A stretch of DNA of 51,804 nucleotides from Macrostomum lignano (lineage: Eukaryota), in the NCBI GenBank assembly GCA_002269645.1, contig NIVC01004285.1:1-51804 (forward strand), read 5' to 3'. Shown one piece after another: positions 51,135-51,804 of this stretch (positions within the stretch are counted from its first letter, which is position 1; every line of letters begins with the position of its first letter). The notes beneath the pieces were generated by a model. That model made no database searches. It had not been told where the DNA came from and was given only the letters and a program-made list of their open reading frames with translations. A program made the position numbers and the translations under genes.

Positions 51135-51286
51135 TCGCCTCAGCAGTCGCTTGAACAGCAGGCTCAGAAGGAGCAGCCGGCGTCTCCTTTTGTAAAGAGA
51201 CAGCTGGTTAAATTACCTTCGAGATTGTTCAGTAGCAGCAGGCGTGGCAGCTACAGTCTGCGGAGGTTTTGCCAGCAGCTCCAACG
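51135..51286 (+). other. Possible further exon (SPQQSLEQQAQKEQP..RRFCQQLQ)
   Basis: CAG acceptor and GTGAGT donor flank a stop-free GC-richer stretch; linkage to the FERM gene is unproven. Confidence 0.3.
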
Positions 51287-51407
51287 TGAGTTTTTCCCCT
51301 TGTTAGGACTCCTTGTTACCCCGGGAGGGTAAATTCTGGAGTCCAGAGGTGCCAGGTCTGTTTAATTGGGTGACACTATCTTTTATTGGGTTTAAGTAGC
51401 TTTTGGT

Positions 51408-51804
51408 GAGTGTCAGTAGCTATTGGTGAGTGTCAGTAGCTATTGGTGAGTGTCAGTAGCTATTGGTGAGTGTCAGTAGCTATTGGTGTGTGTCAGTAGC
51501 TTTTTGGTGTGGTCAGTAGCTATTGGTGAGTGTCAGTAGCTATTGGTGAGTGTCAGTAGCTATTGGTGAGTGTCAGTAGCTCATGGTGAGTGTCAGTAGC
51601 TATTGGTGAGTGTCAGTAGCTATTGGTGAGTGTCAGTAGCTATTGGTGAGTGTCAGTAGCTATTGGTGAGTGTTCAGTAGCTATTGGTGAGTGTCAGTAA
51701 GCTATTGGTGAGTGTCAGTAGCTATTGGTGAGTGTCAGTAGCTATTGGTGAGTGTCAGTAGCTATGGTGAGTGTCAGTAGCTATTGGTGAGTGTCAGTAG
51801 CTAT
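51408..51804. repeat. 20-bp minisatellite running off the window end
   Basis: TATTGGTGAGTGTCAGTAGC tandem units. Confidence 0.95.

Overview
Eukaryotic, repeat-dominated genomic DNA; no prokaryotic features. The mix of GC-rich Ala/Gln-rich exons, minisatellite-filled introns and TTAGGG repeats suggests an invertebrate such as the flatworm Macrostomum (inference only). From left to right: (1) 1-15108, the right part of a Polinton/Maverick (adintovirus-like) element with GasderminX-like, adenain protease, pPolB, protein-X-like, rve integrase, PLA2X and two orphan ORFs. It also carries seven 43-bp palindromes and has a tRNA-derived CORE-like SINE and a full-length Ngaro tyrosine-recombinase retrotransposon nested in it. 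(2) A 177-bp satellite that flips orientation across a 5'-truncated RTE-type LINE. (3) A decayed mariner with a nested hAT-like MITE. (4) A 10.9-kb Gypsy element whose LTRs each contain four tandem copies of a tRNA-Leu primer-binding site and whose pol frame runs about 690 codons past a single stop. (5) A clathrin light chain gene. (6) Two related non-autonomous Helitrons carrying a minisatellite and telomeric repeats. (7) An FRMD4-like FERM gene with a different tandem repeat in each large intron. Coordinates were read by eye and may be off by a few bases.
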